Shown in pieces: positions 61,748-64,000 of a stretch of DNA of 64,000 nucleotides. Each line of letters begins with the position of its first letter. Positions within the stretch are counted from its first letter, which is position 1. The notes beneath the pieces were generated by a model that saw nothing but the letters and a program-made list of their open reading frames with translations, had not been told where the DNA came from and did not search any database. The position numbers and the translations under genes are program-made. The DNA is from Spirulina sp. (lineage in GTDB: Bacteria; Cyanobacteriota; Cyanobacteriia; Phormidesmidales; Phormidesmidaceae), in assembly GCA_044070495.1 (NCBI GenBank), contig JBIPSI010000015.1, forward strand, positions 83,215 through 147,214, given 5' to 3'.

Positions 61748-62495
61748 CTAAGCCCTCAACCACACGCGCCGATTCGATGCGATCCCCCTGCTGGATGGCG
61801 TCCACCGCATCCATGCCTTCGGTGACGTAGCCGAATACCGCATAGCTACCGTCCAAAAAGGGTAGATCCGCTAGGGCAAAGTAAAACTGCGCCGAGGCCG
61901 AATCGGGAGCTTGGGAACGAGCCATGGCCACCGCCCCACGGGTGTGGGTTAGACGGGGATTCGTATTGATGCCAGCCTCCTCAAAAGTTTGGCCATAGAG
62001 GGGCTCTTCGCGATCCGTGGCCTTAATTTCCAGGGGAATGTAACGGGGGGCATTCGTATCCGGATTCACAAAGCTGCCAGTACCCAGCATCTGAGCCGGA
62101 ATGCTGGCATCCTTGCTTTGGGGGTCGCCACCTTGCACCACGAAGGGCTCAGGTTCTCGCACCACCCGATGAAAAGAAGTGCCATCGTAAACGCCCCGGT
62201 TCACCAAATCCACAAAGTTGCCAGCGGTGATGGGGGCTTCCTCGCCATTCACCTCAATCACAATAGTGGATCCATTCACCACCATTTCCACCGTGGCCGT
62301 ACCGTTCAGGACAGGGAGACCCGCCGTAGAGGGCGTCGCCGCCGTAGTCTCCGCTGGTGCAGGAGCCGCACTCTCCGAAGTGCCTGACTCCGGAGCCGAG
62401 GGAGCCGTGCAGGCCCCAGTTCCTAACATCAGCAGGGCGACAAGGGTCATTGAAACGAAACGGGTGTTCAATCCCATTGAAATGTTTAACTCCAT
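61719..62495 (-). CDS. Cyclophilin-type peptidyl-prolyl isomerase (lipoprotein)
   Basis: APITAGNFVDLV, FHRVV, FVVQGGDP, GAVAMARS, YAVFGYV. Confidence 0.92.
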   Translation of the reverse strand: MELNISMGLNTRFVSMTLVALLMLGTGACTAPSAPESGTSESAAPAPAETTAATPSTAGLPVLNGTATVEMVVNGSTIVIEVNGEEAPITAGNFVDLVNRGVYDGTSFHRVVREPEPFVVQGGDPQSKDASIPAQMLGTGSFVNPDTNAPRYIPLEIKATDREEPLYGQTFEEAGINTNPRLTHTRGAVAMARSQAPDSASAQFYFALADLPFLDGSYAVFGYVTEGMDAVDAIQQGDRIESARVVEGLDNLQPDAQP

Positions 62496-62571
62496 GAATA
62501 GATATTGACCAGCTTCCCATCTTAAAAAGTTTGGCCGGAGTTGTGGGGCGGGTCAGTGCCCACATCAGAAT

Positions 62572-63138
62572 CTACAGGCCCTCTAGGGGCACCTGCAAAA
62601 AGCGAGCCAGTTCAGCCCCCTGGTTTTCTAACTCAGATAGGGGAATGGGCTGACCCACACGGGTGAGGGGAATGTCGGGACGGCCCTTGAGGCGTAGGTA
62701 AAGCGACCGTTTGGGGTTTAGTCCCTCCTTAATGTCTACCCGAATAGCGGTGACATCGGCGAGGGACTGCTCGATTTCGATGCGACGGTTTTTACCGAAG
62801 AATCCGCTACGCACAATCCGTACCTGATTGCTGGCCTTGTCAAATTCGTTATAGCCGCCGCCCACATCCAAGCTAATCACCACCCACAGATAGGTGGCCA
62901 ACCCTAGGGCAGCGAAGCCATAGAACCCCATGGCAATGCCCTGGGGAATGAAGATCAGTTGGGTCGGGTCGGAGAAGGGCAGCAGGTTGATCTGGAGATA
63001 GCTCGACAGCCCCGCCAGCAGGAACCCAGCCCCGCCCCCCGTAAGGACAATGGCCCAAAAAATATTGCTAGGCCGACGGGCTCCCAGAACAGTTCGCTTC
63101 AGGGATTGCGAGGCGCGAGAAGACGCAGAGGCAGTCAT
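62572..63138 (-). CDS. ycf4: Photosystem I assembly protein Ycf4
   Basis: GARRPSN, FIPQGIAMGFYG, VGGGYNEFD, ELARFLQVPLEG. Confidence 0.95.
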   Translation of the reverse strand: MTASASSRASQSLKRTVLGARRPSNIFWAIVLTGGGAGFLLAGLSSYLQINLLPFSDPTQLIFIPQGIAMGFYGFAALGLATYLWVVISLDVGGGYNEFDKASNQVRIVRSGFFGKNRRIEIEQSLADVTAIRVDIKEGLNPKRSLYLRLKGRPDIPLTRVGQPIPLSELENQGAELARFLQVPLEGL

Positions 63139-63479
63139 GGTTTTCAACGGGTAAGGGGGTCTACAGGCAAAAATCCTAAACTTTAGCCATTCCCAGCATA
63201 GATCGATAGGCTTCCTGAGAATTTACGTATCAGATTGTAAAAAAATGGAACACTCCTTATCATAAATAGAAACCTGGCCCTGAAGCCTGGCTTCGCGGGG
63301 CAGAGTTTATCTCAGGCAAGGGATAACGGCGACGAGTAAAGATTTATTCTCTCTAAGCCCTAATATCTGGAATACTGATAACTATTACCTTGCCCTGAGG
63401 AACGCTCTCTCAAGGATTCCTACGGATCCGAACAGAGTCGAACCCGTATGGACTAGATGTCATAGAAAGAGGATTTGAC

Positions 63480-64000
63480 ATGACCATAGCAATGGGGCGC
63501 GCTCAGGCTCAAAGAGGATGGTTCGACGTCCTCGATGACTGGCTGAAGCGCGATCGCTTTGTCTTTATTGGTTGGTCCGGCCTACTGCTGTTCCCCTGCG
63601 CCTACATGGCCGTTGGGGGCTGGCTTACCGGCACCACCTTCGTCACCTCCTGGTACACCCACGGCCTCGCGTCGTCCTACCTGGAAGGGGCTAACTTTTT
63701 GACCGTGGCCGTTTCTACCCCCGCCAACAGCCTGGGTCACTCCCTGCTGCTGCTGTGGGGTCCCGAAGCCCAGGGCGATTTCGTCCGCTGGTGCCAACTG
63801 GGTGGCCTGTGGAGCTTTGTGGCTCTGCACGGGGCCTTTGGTTTGATTGGCTTCATGCTGCGTCAGTTTGAGGTGGCTCGTCTGGTCGGTCTGCGGCCCT
63901 ACAACGCCATTGCCTTCTCTGCGCCGATTGCGGTGTTCGTCAGCGTCTTTCTGATGTACCCCCTCGGCCAAAGTAGCTGGTTCTTTGCCCCCAGCTTCGG
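63480..64000 (+). CDS. psbD: Photosystem II D2 protein (partial, runs off window)
   Basis: [34 protein letters not shown]...[15 protein letters not shown]. Confidence 0.98.
   Translation, partial: MTIAMGRAQAQRGWFDVLDDWLKRDRFVFIGWSGLLLFPCAYMAVGGWLTGTTFVTSWYTHGLASSYLEGANFLTVAVSTPANSLGHSLLLLWGPEAQGDFVRWCQLGGLWSFVALHGAFGLIGFMLRQFEVARLVGLRPYNAIAFSAPIAVFVSVFLMYPLGQSSWFFAPSF

Overview
Chromosomal segment of a GC-rich cyanobacterium (psbD, ycf4, hemL, clpB, rpsB-tsf, accA, folE, ftsE, tRNA-Ser, tRNA-Cys). The lineage looks Leptolyngbya/Nodosilinea-like, which is an inference. The standout feature is at 25.5-32.5 kb, around an LRR-Roc-COR (Roco) gene. Upstream of it are four different toxin-antitoxin (TA)-type two-gene cassettes. 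Each cassette is preceded by a stranded copy of the first ~16-25 codons of the Roco gene (three copies include its promoter region) and then a conserved CTAG...TACAAT head. A fifth TA cassette appears to split off the Roco C-terminal domain, again with a duplicated coding motif. A similar stranded-leader/TA arrangement may exist at a UvrD helicase (5.7-6.3 kb). No integrase or transposase is visible in the window, so this looks like an integron-like cassette system that uses host-gene ends as anchors. Other notable items: a chromosomal ParM/ParR-like pair, a phnW-less aminoethylphosphonate cluster, a tandem IF7-like small protein, a 129-bp MITE pair, REP-like repeats, a candidate structured RNA, and apparent HIP1 depletion with CTAG enrichment. 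All calls come from manual reading; no searches were run.
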